Positions 10,486-19,699 are shown, numbered from the stretch's first letter. The stretch is 64,000 bases of DNA from Candidatus Bathyarchaeota archaeon (GCA_963717465.1 OY970340.1:832001-896000); one strand, 5' to 3'. Made by a program: numbers and translations. The notes: a model not told the origin generated them from the sequence alone.

Positions 10486-11151
10486 CTATGATTCGCTGAA
10501 TACTGCAGTGAGCAAGCGAAGTTCCGCTTTTCTTATATGAGTTGCCAAAGCTGATTTGTGGAGACCAAGTTTCTCGGATAATTCTCTAGAACTTATTTTT
10601 CGTGGCAGGTTATAGTATCCTAACTTGTAAGCGGCAATCATAATTCGCCTCTGCTTTTCAGTTAAAACGTTAAGCGGTGAATTGAGCGAAAATTTTGCAT
10701 CCGTCAGTGACACTATTTTGTGGTGTATTTTTGCCTTTTCCAAGGCTTTGAGAGTCTCCTTAATTTGATGCACGCTTCCTAGAAAAGTCATTCTAAACTT
10801 TCCACCCCATATTTCTCTGGAGATAACATACCCACCTTTTTCCCAAACCGCTTGTGAACCAGTGCGAAGTTTCTGATCGTTTAGTCTGTGTTTGACGAGA
10901 ACTATGTAAGCGCCTCCGTTTTCCCGTTCAAGTAACTGTACCTGATAGATGTTGTCGCTGACTAGCTTAGCGTATTCCTCAATGTTAGAAATATCGGTTT
11001 CAAGTTCCACCCTGCAAATCATCGTTATCTCTTCATCAGTATGGCGAAGAAAAAACAGGACTTCCATAGTCTTTATTTTTTGAAGAATTTTCGAGTTTCC
11101 CTCGATTTTGCTAAATTCACTCTTTGGAAATTCTAATGCAAGTCTTCGCAT
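10486..11151 (-). CDS. HTH_10 (bacterio-opsin activator type) transcription regulator
   Basis: C-terminal LTEKQRRIMIAAYKLGYYNLPRKISSRELSEKLGL...HIRKAE. Confidence 0.88.
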   Translation of the reverse strand: MRRLALEFPKSEFSKIEGNSKILQKIKTMEVLFFLRHTDEEITMICRVELETDISNIEEYAKLVSDNIYQVQLLERENGGAYIVLVKHRLNDQKLRTGSQAVWEKGGYVISREIWGGKFRMTFLGSVHQIKETLKALEKAKIHHKIVSLTDAKFSLNSPLNVLTEKQRRIMIAAYKLGYYNLPRKISSRELSEKLGLHKSALATHIRKAELRLLTAVFSES

Positions 11152-11193
11152 AAACTAATTGCACCTATAAACATGGTATATACGTTTCGATAT

Positions 11194-11207
11194 GCGGACA
11201 GGTCCGC
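11194..11207. promoter_or_regulatory. Palindromic operator candidate in a divergent promoter
   Basis: GCGGAC-AG-GTCCGC between the HTH_10 regulator and the ABC operon. Confidence 0.45.
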
Positions 11208-11269
11208 TAAAAGTAAATTCGGTTGAAAACCCTTTGCTTTTTGCAAACTGAAAATACGGTCGTGAAAAA

Positions 11270-12283
11270 ATGACTGATGACATAATAGTCGTTGAAGGAT
11301 TAACAAAAATCTTCAACAGAGCCTTTATCGCCGTTGACCATGTAAGCTTCAGTGTGAAAAGCGGTGAAATTTTCGGATTTTTGGGGCCAAACGGAGCAGG
11401 GAAAACAACAACGATCAAAATGCTTACGACTGTACTTAAGCCAACTGAAGGCAAAGCATTGATACTTGGGCAGGATGTTACCAAAAGAGGCTCAAGTGTA
11501 AAAAACTCTATCGGTGTGCTACAACAGGTTTACACTGCTGACGATGATTTAACAGGCTACCAGAATATAATGTTATGCGGTGCTCTTTACGGAGTTCCAA
11601 AAGATATTTCAAAGAAGCGTAGTTTAGAACTCCTAAATCTAGTTGAGCTTACTTCATTTAAAGATAAGGAAGTGTCAACTTATTCAGGTGGCATGCGTAG
11701 AAGATTAGAACTGGTTTGTAGTTTAATCAACAATCCTAAAGTGCTCTTTTTAGATGAACCCACCTTAGGCTTGGACGTACAAACTAGAACGGCAACTTGG
11801 AATTACCTTAGAACACTGAAAAAAGAGTTCGGCATAACTCTTTTTCTAACAACACACAATATGGAAGAAGCTGACTCGCTTTGCGACCGAGTAGCAATCA
11901 TCGACCACGGTAAAATAGTTACAATTGGCACTCCGAATGACTTGAAAAAAGATCTCGGCGGAGACATCATAATGTTGAGCATACAAAACGACGCAACCGA
12001 CATCTCGAGCATAATTGAGCGCGTTCCAGAAGTAAAGGAAGTGCAACGACAGGATGGAACCTACAGAATAAAGGTTGCAGATGGAGAGGAAGCAGCCCCT
12101 AATATTATGGATGTAGTTAGAACGGAAGGGCATAAGGTTGCAAGGCTTTCATTAGCTAAACCAACACTCGACGAAGTCTATCTGGAATTTACTGGTGAGA
12201 GCCTCAGAGAAGAAGAGGGGTCAAAAATTGCGGCGTTCCGGCAGAGAGAAACCATACAAAGAGCTGAAAGAAGAAAAAAGTGA
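11270..12283 (+). CDS. ABC transporter ATP-binding protein (DrrA-like)
   Basis: GPNGAGKTT, YSGGMRRR, LFLDEPT. Confidence 0.93.
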   Translation: MTDDIIVVEGLTKIFNRAFIAVDHVSFSVKSGEIFGFLGPNGAGKTTTIKMLTTVLKPTEGKALILGQDVTKRGSSVKNSIGVLQQVYTADDDLTGYQNIMLCGALYGVPKDISKKRSLELLNLVELTSFKDKEVSTYSGGMRRRLELVCSLINNPKVLFLDEPTLGLDVQTRTATWNYLRTLKKEFGITLFLTTHNMEEADSLCDRVAIIDHGKIVTIGTPNDLKKDLGGDIIMLSIQNDATDISSIIERVPEVKEVQRQDGTYRIKVADGEEAAPNIMDVVRTEGHKVARLSLAKPTLDEVYLEFTGESLREEEGSKIAAFRQRETIQRAERRKK

Positions 12284-12289
12284 TGAAAC

Positions 12290-13192
12290 ATGACTAACAA
12301 GAACGATAACATTAATCCTCTGCACGGTTTAGGCGCGCTAACTATTCGTGAACTCACTAAATGGTTTAAAAACCCTATTGTCTTCATTCTCACTATCGTA
12401 CAGCCAGTTATATGGCTTGGTCTTCTTGGGAAAGGCATGAACATTAGCGGGTTATTCACATCAAATAATTTTCCGCAACTATCACTCAGTCCACCGCCTA
12501 CACAAGGGCAACTTTTGCAAATAAACAATTATTTCGCAGGTTTACAATCGCAAATAATGACGAATTTGTTTGGTGTGACTGATTACTTTTCTTTCTTAGC
12601 ATGCGGCATCGTTATTTTTCTAACTCTAATGGCGACCACTTACAGTTCCCAAGCGGTTGTTTTGGATCGGCGTTTCGGCTTTATCGACAAACTCTTGACC
12701 ACATCAGTTTCAAAGTCCGCAATAGTTATATCCAAAATCCTATCCGGAACACTGCGAGCACTAACGCAATCCGTCATTTTATTGGGCATCGCTTTCCTGT
12801 TCGGGCTCACAACAGGCGCAAACTTCAACGTACTTAGTATTCTTGGAACGGTTGCGATTATATTCCTGTTCGGCGTGGGAATGAGTTCAATCTTTGTTGC
12901 CGTTAGCTTAAGGTCAACCCGAATGGAAACACAAAGCGCTTTCATAAACTTCATAAATATACCTTTAGTATTTGCTAGTAACGCGTTTTTCCCAATTAGT
13001 TTGATGCCTAGCTGGTTGCAGGCAGTGGCAAACGTTAATCCTGTCTCGTACGCAATCAACGCGGTCAGATTATTCTTAATTGATAGTGGTGGTCTCAGTA
13101 ACGTTGTGGTTGATTTCGCTTACGTTGGCGCTTTCGCTTTGATAATGTCCACAATAAGCATAGTGCTTGCATGGAGATTCCTAAACAAGTAA
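12290..13192 (+). CDS. ABC-2 type permease (DrrB-like)
   Basis: Multiple TM helices; FASNAFFPISLMPSWLQAVANVNPVSYA. Confidence 0.9.
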   Translation: MTNKNDNINPLHGLGALTIRELTKWFKNPIVFILTIVQPVIWLGLLGKGMNISGLFTSNNFPQLSLSPPPTQGQLLQINNYFAGLQSQIMTNLFGVTDYFSFLACGIVIFLTLMATTYSSQAVVLDRRFGFIDKLLTTSVSKSAIVISKILSGTLRALTQSVILLGIAFLFGLTTGANFNVLSILGTVAIIFLFGVGMSSIFVAVSLRSTRMETQSAFINFINIPLVFASNAFFPISLMPSWLQAVANVNPVSYAINAVRLFLIDSGGLSNVVVDFAYVGAFALIMSTISIVLAWRFLNK

Positions 13193-13295
13193 TCTCTAAA
13201 ATATGCTCTTCGTTTCAAAAATGATTACAAATGATTATTAATAATCGATCGATCACCATGTTCAAATATAATGTTGGGGGTGCTTGGATAGCCAT

Positions 13296-13538
13296 ATGTT
13301 TAGACGTAGAAGTCATAGGAATAGAAACACGAGTTTCATATCTTTGAATACTCATCTGTGCGCAGGCTGCTGGGCTTGTATTTCGGCTTGTCCAAATCAT
13401 GTCCTTGGAAAGGTTGATTTACCAATGCATAAGCACGCTCGCATAGAGCAAGCCAGTAATTGCAAAGGTTGCTTGCTGTGCGTAAAATCATGCTCCAAAA
13501 ATGCAATCATGGCAATAAAGCCTCTTTCAGGTTCCTAA
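13296..13538 (+). CDS. 2x[4Fe-4S] ferredoxin-like protein
   Basis: CAGCWACISACP and CKGCLLCVKSC. Confidence 0.8.
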   Translation: MFRRRSHRNRNTSFISLNTHLCAGCWACISACPNHVLGKVDLPMHKHARIEQASNCKGCLLCVKSCSKNAIMAIKPLSGS

Positions 13539-13692
13539 TGGCTAGTTTGTCTCTCGCCAGCCAAATCCCATGCTCATAAAGAGGTATGGTTCTAAAAATC
13601 AACCATCTACAACAGCAAAATAACAAACCCACATATTCAGCAATTAACTTATATACAATTTCAAAATCCAATTCTTAACCGTAAAAGCCGAT

Positions 13693-13783
13693 GGCGTCCT
13701 ACAGCTAGGTGGTCCTGGCATCGGACTTCAAATCCGATGAGTCCGGTAAGGTCTCGGGGTTCAATTCCCCTTGGACGCCGCCA
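13693..13783 (+). tRNA. selC: tRNA-Sec (anticodon UCA), 9/4 archaeal/eukaryotic fold
   Basis: Acceptor GGCGTCCTA/TTGGACGCC (9 bp, one U-U), D stem GCTAGG/CCTGGC (6 bp, 4-nt loop), anticodon stem ATCGGA/TCCGAT (6 bp) with CT-TCA-AA loop, long variable arm, 4-bp T stem GGGG/CCCC, G73, encoded CCA. Confidence 0.95.
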
Positions 13784-15097
13784 TTACTCCACCGTTTTCA
13801 AAACCGTGTCTAAGCGTTCAACTGCCAGTGCAACGTCTTCTTTTTGCATTCCTATGCCAACATCAAAATTGATGTAAGAAGAATGGTATTTTGGGCAGCA
13901 TACTCCAAAATCAGTCGGGTCCAAAGCTCTTGCCCCTGTTACTCTTGACGCGAACAAGGCTTTGCCTATCTTTTTTGCGCTTCTACCATTCAGTGTCATT
14001 GCAACTGAAACTGGATTGTTAACGTTCAACACTCGCTGAGAGTGCTTTTTTGCAGTTTCCACCAAATATTCTTCTAAAAGTTTCCTGTTTTCTTCTTGTT
14101 CACTTCTTAGTTTTTCGTAGCCATCTAATCCCATGGATAATATCGCTGCCAAGAACTGGGCAATAGGAGCTGCAGACGCTCTGCCAGGATAAACGTTAGC
14201 AATTTCATTCATGAATTCTTCGTTGGGCGAAGCAACTATAGCTCCTCCCACTGGCGCAAGAAAATTCTTGTCAGTACTTTGCACTACTGCGTCTACTCGG
14301 CCAGCATCAATTGCGCCTCTGATAAGCTTCATTACTTCTCTGCTTTGCACACCGTAAGCATTGTTTATGATATGTGGAACATTTTTTTCTTTAGCGATCT
14401 TGGCAATTTCCTTTATTTTGTCAGGTTCTCTGGGAGTGAAAAACGTTGTTGTCGATAAAATAGCTGTGGTTTTTTCGGAAACCGCCTCTTCAATTTCCTG
14501 CTCGGGAACGTTAACTGCGTCTCCAAAGATTTTTCCTTCAATAATTTTTTCCTGAAGTCCTGCAAGCCTGATTGCTTTTATAGGAGTTTTATGGTCAACT
14601 CTTGGATACACAACTTCATTTCCACCTTTGCAGTTTCTAGCGGCGCATAAGGTCAGTCCCAGCGCCATTCCTGTTGCAACGGGGAAAACAACTGCCTTTT
14701 TGATGTTTGGAGCTCCAAACCTTCTCATCGCATCGGTTGCCAATTTGTTAGCTAGAAAATACAGCAGTGTTCCTCCTGCTGCCTTAGGCTGCGGCCCAAC
14801 TAAGTCGCCTGTTCTTCCGACACCATGGTGAAATCCAAAAGCAAGTTTGGAGATAAGAGGAGAAGCAACTCTTCCTTCCCTTTCACCTATCCGTGCAGCT
14901 TTGCTATCCTTATCCGAATCCATACCTGATAAGAAATTTAGCAAGCTTTGAATTTGATTGTCACTCCAGCCAGTCTGGGGTATTCTTCTTTGTTCAAAAA
15001 GCGTTTTTATCGGTTTGGACTCTGATTGAAGAACCATCAAACCTCGATCAAGAATTTCCTTAGGAATTGTATCCTTCAATTTTTCAGGCGGTATCAA
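13784..15097 (-). CDS. spcS: O-phosphoseryl-tRNA(Sec) selenium transferase (SepSecS)
   Basis: GEREGRVAS, HGVGRTGDL..QPKAAG, HIINNAYG, PLP-lysine motif QSTDKNF, YPGRAS. Confidence 0.95.
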   Translation of the reverse strand: MIPPEKLKDTIPKEILDRGLMVLQSESKPIKTLFEQRRIPQTGWSDNQIQSLLNFLSGMDSDKDSKAARIGEREGRVASPLISKLAFGFHHGVGRTGDLVGPQPKAAGGTLLYFLANKLATDAMRRFGAPNIKKAVVFPVATGMALGLTLCAARNCKGGNEVVYPRVDHKTPIKAIRLAGLQEKIIEGKIFGDAVNVPEQEIEEAVSEKTTAILSTTTFFTPREPDKIKEIAKIAKEKNVPHIINNAYGVQSREVMKLIRGAIDAGRVDAVVQSTDKNFLAPVGGAIVASPNEEFMNEIANVYPGRASAAPIAQFLAAILSMGLDGYEKLRSEQEENRKLLEEYLVETAKKHSQRVLNVNNPVSVAMTLNGRSAKKIGKALFASRVTGARALDPTDFGVCCPKYHSSYINFDVGIGMQKEDVALAVERLDTVLKTVE

Positions 15098-15153
15098 AAT
15101 CTCACGCTCATTTCCAAACCGTTTGCGCCAAACATTTTGGCTTAATCATATTC

Positions 15154-15235
15154 TTTTAGGCTTAATTGATTAGCTTGCCTGCCTATTTTAGGCTTAATTG
15201 ATTAGCTTGCCTGCCTATTTTAGGCTTAACTGATT
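15154..15235. repeat. 32-bp tandem repeat (2 exact copies plus a partial) upstream of SepSecS
   Basis: TTTTAGGCTTAATTGATTAGCTTGCCTGCCTA at 15154 and 15186, partial copy at 15218. Confidence 0.95.
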
Positions 15236-15289
15236 TCTGATTTCCTTTTGAAATAAGCTTTCCAGCGGGAAAGTTGATTGATGTAGGTT

Positions 15290-15763
15290 TTATCGTCGGT
15301 CGGGTCGGCTGGGCACACCAAATGGTGGCGCTCCAGGTTGGCCACGTTTTACTTGTGGTTTTCGAATCATCCATTCGTCTGCTGGTTTAACGCTTTGTTC
15401 AAGTTTTGTTTGGCTATCCAGTTTGTTAACGAAATCTCTTACTCGCGCGAACCATTTTTCGAATTCTGGTTCTATCTGATCTTTCGGGTAGTATCCTTTT
15501 ATGTAGTATTTTGTGTTGATGACATCTACGAAGATTTCAAACTCCGAGTTTATCCACGAGAGAAACTGGCTATCCTCTATGACTCCTTTTCTTCTTAGTG
15601 TCGTGTAAAGCATGCTGGCTATGTCTGCTGCACGATACATTGAACAATAAGCCGCTCTAACGTGTCCATCTTTTGCTATTGGATCAGATGTTTCTAGAGC
15701 TGTTTGTATTCTTTCCCTTGCTGTTTTAAGTGAATTGTGAGCATCCTGTATTTCCTTTGCCAT
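15290..15763 (-). CDS. Hypothetical protein, weak HEPN-like resemblance
   Basis: Helical; RAAYCSMYRAA recalls the HEPN AYYxxxHAA segment. Confidence 0.5.
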   Translation of the reverse strand: MAKEIQDAHNSLKTARERIQTALETSDPIAKDGHVRAAYCSMYRAADIASMLYTTLRRKGVIEDSQFLSWINSEFEIFVDVINTKYYIKGYYPKDQIEPEFEKWFARVRDFVNKLDSQTKLEQSVKPADEWMIRKPQVKRGQPGAPPFGVPSRPDRR

Positions 15764-15994
15764 AATGTTTCCCCTGAGTGTTTGTATTTAGTTTGTGTAG
15801 TTCAAGGGTTTTTTTGCAATTAAGGGTTTCTGTTATTACACGTTCTTTTTGTTTCTTGTTTAAAGTCCTACTATTTTTTGTGAAATTGCTTTTTTTGGAG
15901 GTTTTGCCTTGATTCCGGTTCTTGTTTTAGTTTGAATATTGGTATTTGACCGGCTATTTGTGCAAAAAAGACCATAGCAGCATTATTTTTCTCT

Positions 15995-16942
15995 TTATAT
16001 CTGTGCATTAGGCGCTTGTCTGCCAAGCCAAAACACTAACAGTACAAATGCTGATTGAATTGCTGTGATTAATACTTCAAGCCAAACGATGCTCCAGAAG
16101 CCGAAGATTAGTGCCGTGAGAACGTCAACGATATGAAAGCCGATGAATACTAAGAAGACTGGGTAGTCTTCTTTGAAGCTGAATTTTGACGTCATTCTTC
16201 CACGCCAGAAAACAGCCAGTAATATGACTGGTATGGTAACGTTTACTGCCAGCATTATCCATTCACCTATGCTGCCTTTGGACAAGAAAGGACCAAGCCA
16301 CATTAGAAACTGGCTCGTCGGCAAAAATAGTGCACCTAAGGCAGCAAACATAGTTACAAAGGGATAAACTATGCCAATTTTCTCGCTGTAATTTGATTTT
16401 TTGAACCACCAGCGACCAAGCAGAATGAAAAATGCGCCAACGCCGCAAATTAGTGCCCAACCTGAGAAATTGTAAACAGGTACATTGAAAATGTTAGCTG
16501 TTGGTGAAGGGTTGAACCAAGTCCAGCGTCCAATTCCTGCAGGGTACTGAAGGTCCGGACATATGAGTCTAACCGATACAGGATCTAATGTAAAATCAAA
16601 AAGTGTCCCTGACAATCCGACAATAAATGGTTTGCACCATGTAGGAATATTCATGTGTCTTAGCATTCGTAAAGCAGCATACACAACTAAGAACTCAATA
16701 ATTGGAACGGAAAGTGGGACATTTCCAATCATTAACAGTGATTTCCCGTAATCATAATAGCCAGCTAAAACGGCAAAATTCTCGTAAATCGCTGCATAAA
16801 AAACTGAAAAACAAAACATTTCCAGCAGTACGCTTGTGGGATGCTCTTCTTTCTTAAGTATATACATTACTGTTATGACCGCTACCGCTATAATAAGCAA
16901 GTCTGGGATAACCCAAGCCGGAACAAACGTTAAATCAGCCAT
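15995..16942 (-). CDS. CruF/DUF422-like membrane protein (carotenoid biosynthesis family)
   Basis: YENFAV..GYYDY, NVPL, DFTLDPV, WTW and NVPVYNFSGW motifs; many TM helices. Confidence 0.75.
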   Translation of the reverse strand: MADLTFVPAWVIPDLLIIAVAVITVMYILKKEEHPTSVLLEMFCFSVFYAAIYENFAVLAGYYDYGKSLLMIGNVPLSVPIIEFLVVYAALRMLRHMNIPTWCKPFIVGLSGTLFDFTLDPVSVRLICPDLQYPAGIGRWTWFNPSPTANIFNVPVYNFSGWALICGVGAFFILLGRWWFKKSNYSEKIGIVYPFVTMFAALGALFLPTSQFLMWLGPFLSKGSIGEWIMLAVNVTIPVILLAVFWRGRMTSKFSFKEDYPVFLVFIGFHIVDVLTALIFGFWSIVWLEVLITAIQSAFVLLVFWLGRQAPNAQI

Positions 16943-17111
16943 ACACTATTCCCCTTTGCCCAAAGAGCAAATTCACTCTTCCACTTCGGCACCTAATTTT
17001 CCGCTTGCAGTTTTTCTGCAAACGCTATTTTCTCTTCACGCCAGCTTAACACAAAAATTTTATACCTCGCATACTAGGCTTTAACGCAAAACCAAAGGCT
17101 GATCCGCAAAA

Positions 17112-17759
17112 ATGCGAAGACTCATAATTGAAATTTCAAAAAGTGAACTTGAAAAAATAGGTGTATCCCAGTCTTCGATAAACAATATAAAATCATTAAA
17201 TCTGATAAACTTCCTAAGACAAGACCCCGTAGAACTTTCAGGAATATGGCGCATAGAATTCAAAAACAAGGAAACCAAGGTTGAAGAGCTCAAGGAAACT
17301 TTTCAAACAGAAATCCAGGTTCTCCAACAAGAAAAAAACGGTGCATACACGATTTTCATGAGAGTTGGACCCAACTTATCTTCAACTTTAAGCACAGTAG
17401 CAGGAGCAGGAGGCTACTTTTTCCAACCATTAGAAATTCAAGACGAAAAAATCAAAATTTCATTTATCGGAAGCATAAGGCAAGTCAAAAGTTTCATAGC
17501 AAGCTTAAAAAAGCTGGGTATCCGCTTCAAGATTGCGTCGCTCACTGACCAAAACTTTTCTCCAACTTCACCCTTAAACAAGCTAACAGAAAAGCAAAGA
17601 AAAGTACTGCTGCTAGCATACAAGCAGGGTTATTACGATGTGCCAAGAAAAATTACTTCCAAGCAACTTGCAAAAAAGATAGGTATCTCTGACGCCACAC
17701 TAATAGAACACTTAAGAAAAACACAACATCGCTTACTAATGACCCTTTTAGCACAGTAG
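17112..17759 (+). CDS. HTH_10 transcription regulator, paralog of 10486-11151
   Basis: LTEKQRKVLLLAYKQGYYDVPRKITSKQLAKKIGIS...HLRK; same MRRL start. Confidence 0.88.
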   Translation: MRRLIIEISKSELEKIGVSQSSINNIKSLNLINFLRQDPVELSGIWRIEFKNKETKVEELKETFQTEIQVLQQEKNGAYTIFMRVGPNLSSTLSTVAGAGGYFFQPLEIQDEKIKISFIGSIRQVKSFIASLKKLGIRFKIASLTDQNFSPTSPLNKLTEKQRKVLLLAYKQGYYDVPRKITSKQLAKKIGISDATLIEHLRKTQHRLLMTLLAQ

Positions 17760-17941
17760 ACCGCAACCAAAAATCCCCGACATGAATATGATGATTAGCT
17801 TGAAAAAGGCTTACATGAACTGTACTTCACTGAATTTAAGTTAGATTGCAAATCAGTTCGAGCTTTCGCGACAAAATCAGTCATCTTTATAATTTCTGTT
17901 AACGTAATTGCAAGTCTATAATTCCATCATCAAAAATGCTG

Positions 17942-18006
17942 TAATGTGTTAACGATGAATTCAGTTTCTTGGTGATCTGGACCGGATTCGGATCGGCAAC
18001 CTTCTG
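17942..18006 (-). repeat. Degenerate copy of the tRNA-Val 3' half plus flank (att-like site 3)
   Basis: TTGGTGATCTGGACCGGATTCGGATCGGCAACCTTCTG vs tRNA TTGGTGGGCCGGACCGGATTCGGACCGGCGACCTTCTG. Confidence 0.85.
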
Positions 18007-18034
18007 TGCCACTGAGTTGTAATTTGAGTGAATT

Positions 18035-18439
18035 TTAAGGGAGTGTTTGAAAGCCTGCTTCTCTAAAGTGGCTGTCAAACGTGAATGCTTCAAGAACTGA
18101 AAGATCTTTCATTAAGGCGAAACTAGTGCAATCAGTAAAACTCCATGGTTTTTGATCAGATTTTCGAAAACTGCTCAGTGCTTTTTCAAACAGGTTATCA
18201 TCAACCCAGAACACACGCATACTCCTGCTTTTTCTTATTTTATCGATGAAAGTGGAGGCTGTTAACAAGTTTTTTCTTATCCGTAGCAAAGTCAATGTTT
18301 CATCTAGAATGTAGTCGGTTGTTATTGGAACACCATATTCTCCGGAAGCTAACTTAGATAGAAACCCGTATGCTTTTTCGTGGTTTACATCATCTTCCAC
18401 TTCAATTGCGTACCATGCACTGGTGTCAACAAATATCAC
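18035..18439 (-). CDS. vapC: VapC / PIN-domain toxin
   Basis: IFVDTSAW, ILDET, SFTDCTSF, FTFDSHF acidic PIN residues. Confidence 0.92.
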   Translation of the reverse strand: MIFVDTSAWYAIEVEDDVNHEKAYGFLSKLASGEYGVPITTDYILDETLTLLRIRKNLLTASTFIDKIRKSRSMRVFWVDDNLFEKALSSFRKSDQKPWSFTDCTSFALMKDLSVLEAFTFDSHFREAGFQTLP

Positions 18440-18684
18440 TATGCTTCCCCGTAAAGGTACTTGTCATGTTTTGTGGACCCATAATCTTTCTTTCCAGTTT
18501 TCTTGAAGCTGGGTGGGCTGGTGAAGATAGGATCGTTTTGGTCCACGTTGCCTTCCACCTTGGTTTTGATGGCTTCCCGAAGAACATCCTTGATGCTCAT
18601 TGCGTTCTTCTTGGCGTATTCCTCAAGAAGTTTATGTTCCGCTTCGGTCAGGGTTGTCTGAACAACTTTCATGTTGCATGTCAC
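18439..18684 (-). CDS. Antitoxin (RHH/CopG-like), VapB partner
   Basis: Overlaps the vapC start; N-terminal RHH-like segment; C-terminal STKHDKYLYG. Confidence 0.75.
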   Translation of the reverse strand: MTCNMKVVQTTLTEAEHKLLEEYAKKNAMSIKDVLREAIKTKVEGNVDQNDPIFTSPPSFKKTGKKDYGSTKHDKYLYGEA

Positions 18685-18871
18685 ATTCTGAATGAAACAT
18701 TAAGCAAAATGAGATTTAAGCATTACCTCAGGTTTTAAAAATTGATGTTACCTGTATGCAAGAAGGTCTTGTTTGAAAAATCAAAAGAACTTGGATTCAA
18801 CCTCAACGGAAAATTCGAAAATCACTTAAAACGATTAATTCACCAACCTTTCAAACAACCAAACTGCACAA

Positions 18872-18947
18872 AATAATATGTCATCACAGAATTCATGTTA
18901 TTGGTGGACTGAACCGGATTCGGAGCAGCAGTCTTTTGTACATCAAG
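18872..18947 (-). repeat. Degenerate copy of the tRNA-Val 3' half plus flank (att-like site 2)
   Basis: AATAATATGTCATCACAGAATTCATGTTATTGGTGGACTGAACCGGATTCGGAGCAG... aligns without gaps to 19592-19667. Confidence 0.85.
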
Positions 18948-18961
18948 AAACCGTTCCTTAA

Positions 18962-19252
18962 TTATGTGTAGGCTTGGTCATGGTGTGCATATTTCAGAAC
19001 CCTAACGACCTTGGGATTTTCGAGCACTTCATAGATGAGAACAAACGATCCCACATGGACTCTTCTTAGCCCTTCTAAAGGGTGCCTTAAGGGTTTGAAT
19101 TGCAATGGATCAGTTAGTATCTGGTCAATTTTTTTATTTATTGCTTCCAATTGTGGCTTGTCTTTTTTGGCTAATTTCTTGAATGTCTTATAGACTTCTT
19201 CCTCGAGTTCTAAGCTATACAAGCAATCACTTTTGCTTGAACTCTTCTGCAA
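18962..19252 (-). CDS. RelE/ParE/StbE-family toxin
   Basis: YSLELEEEVYKTFKKL...FKPLRHPLEGLRRVHVGSFVLIYEV...HHDQAY. Confidence 0.88.
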   Translation of the reverse strand: MQKSSSKSDCLYSLELEEEVYKTFKKLAKKDKPQLEAINKKIDQILTDPLQFKPLRHPLEGLRRVHVGSFVLIYEVLENPKVVRVLKYAHHDQAYT

Positions 19253-19463
19253 AATCCTTAACTTTGACGAATTTGCCGTGGTCTCGAGCTTCTTCTACCT
19301 CTTTAATGAATTCTGGTCGCAATTGGGGTTCAAGCTCGAATTCCTCATATCGTTTTATGATTATGCTGAGCGCTTGACTTTTGTCTTTAAGACCGTATTT
19401 CGCCTTAACGATATTAATTACCCTGCTTTCTCGTTCTCCCAATTCAATTATGTTCTTTACCAT
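19227..19463 (-). CDS. DUF2683-like antitoxin
   Basis: MVKNIIEL..RVINIVKAKYGLKDKSQAL..EPQLRPEF; overlaps the toxin gene. Confidence 0.8.
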   Translation of the reverse strand: MVKNIIELGERESRVINIVKAKYGLKDKSQALSIIIKRYEEFELEPQLRPEFIKEVEEARDHGKFVKVKDFAEEFKQK

Positions 19464-19621
19464 CAGCCAAATCTCTTTAAATTATTCCGTATAATCTGAT
19501 ATAATTCAACATAATTTAAAGTTATGTATTTCCAGAAATCAATGACCTGCACTTGCGTTACTTTCAACAATTAATCAACCAACCTCCCAACAATAATGTG
19601 TCGTCAAAAAATTCGAGTTGT

Positions 19622-19699
19622 TGGTGGGCCGGACCGGATTCGGACCGGCGACCTTCTGCACGTCAAGCAGATGTCCTAACCAGGCTAGACGACCGGCCC
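19622..19699 (-). tRNA. tRNA-Val(GAC) with encoded CCA
   Basis: GGGCCGG acceptor; TCTGC-TTGACGT-GCAGA anticodon arm; variant T loop TCCGAAT. Confidence 0.95.

Noticed and set aside
5256..13692. Integrated element bounded by tRNA-Phe and tRNA-Sec
   Set aside because: The region lies on the 5' side of both tRNAs; no att duplication or integrase was found
13675..13703. Fluoride riboswitch-like GCCGATGGCGTCCTAC
   Set aside because: The 5' pseudoknot half is absent and the match overlaps the tRNA-Sec acceptor stem
15154..15235. 32-bp repeats as a CRISPR array
   Set aside because: The repeats are contiguous with no spacers, and there are no cas genes in the window
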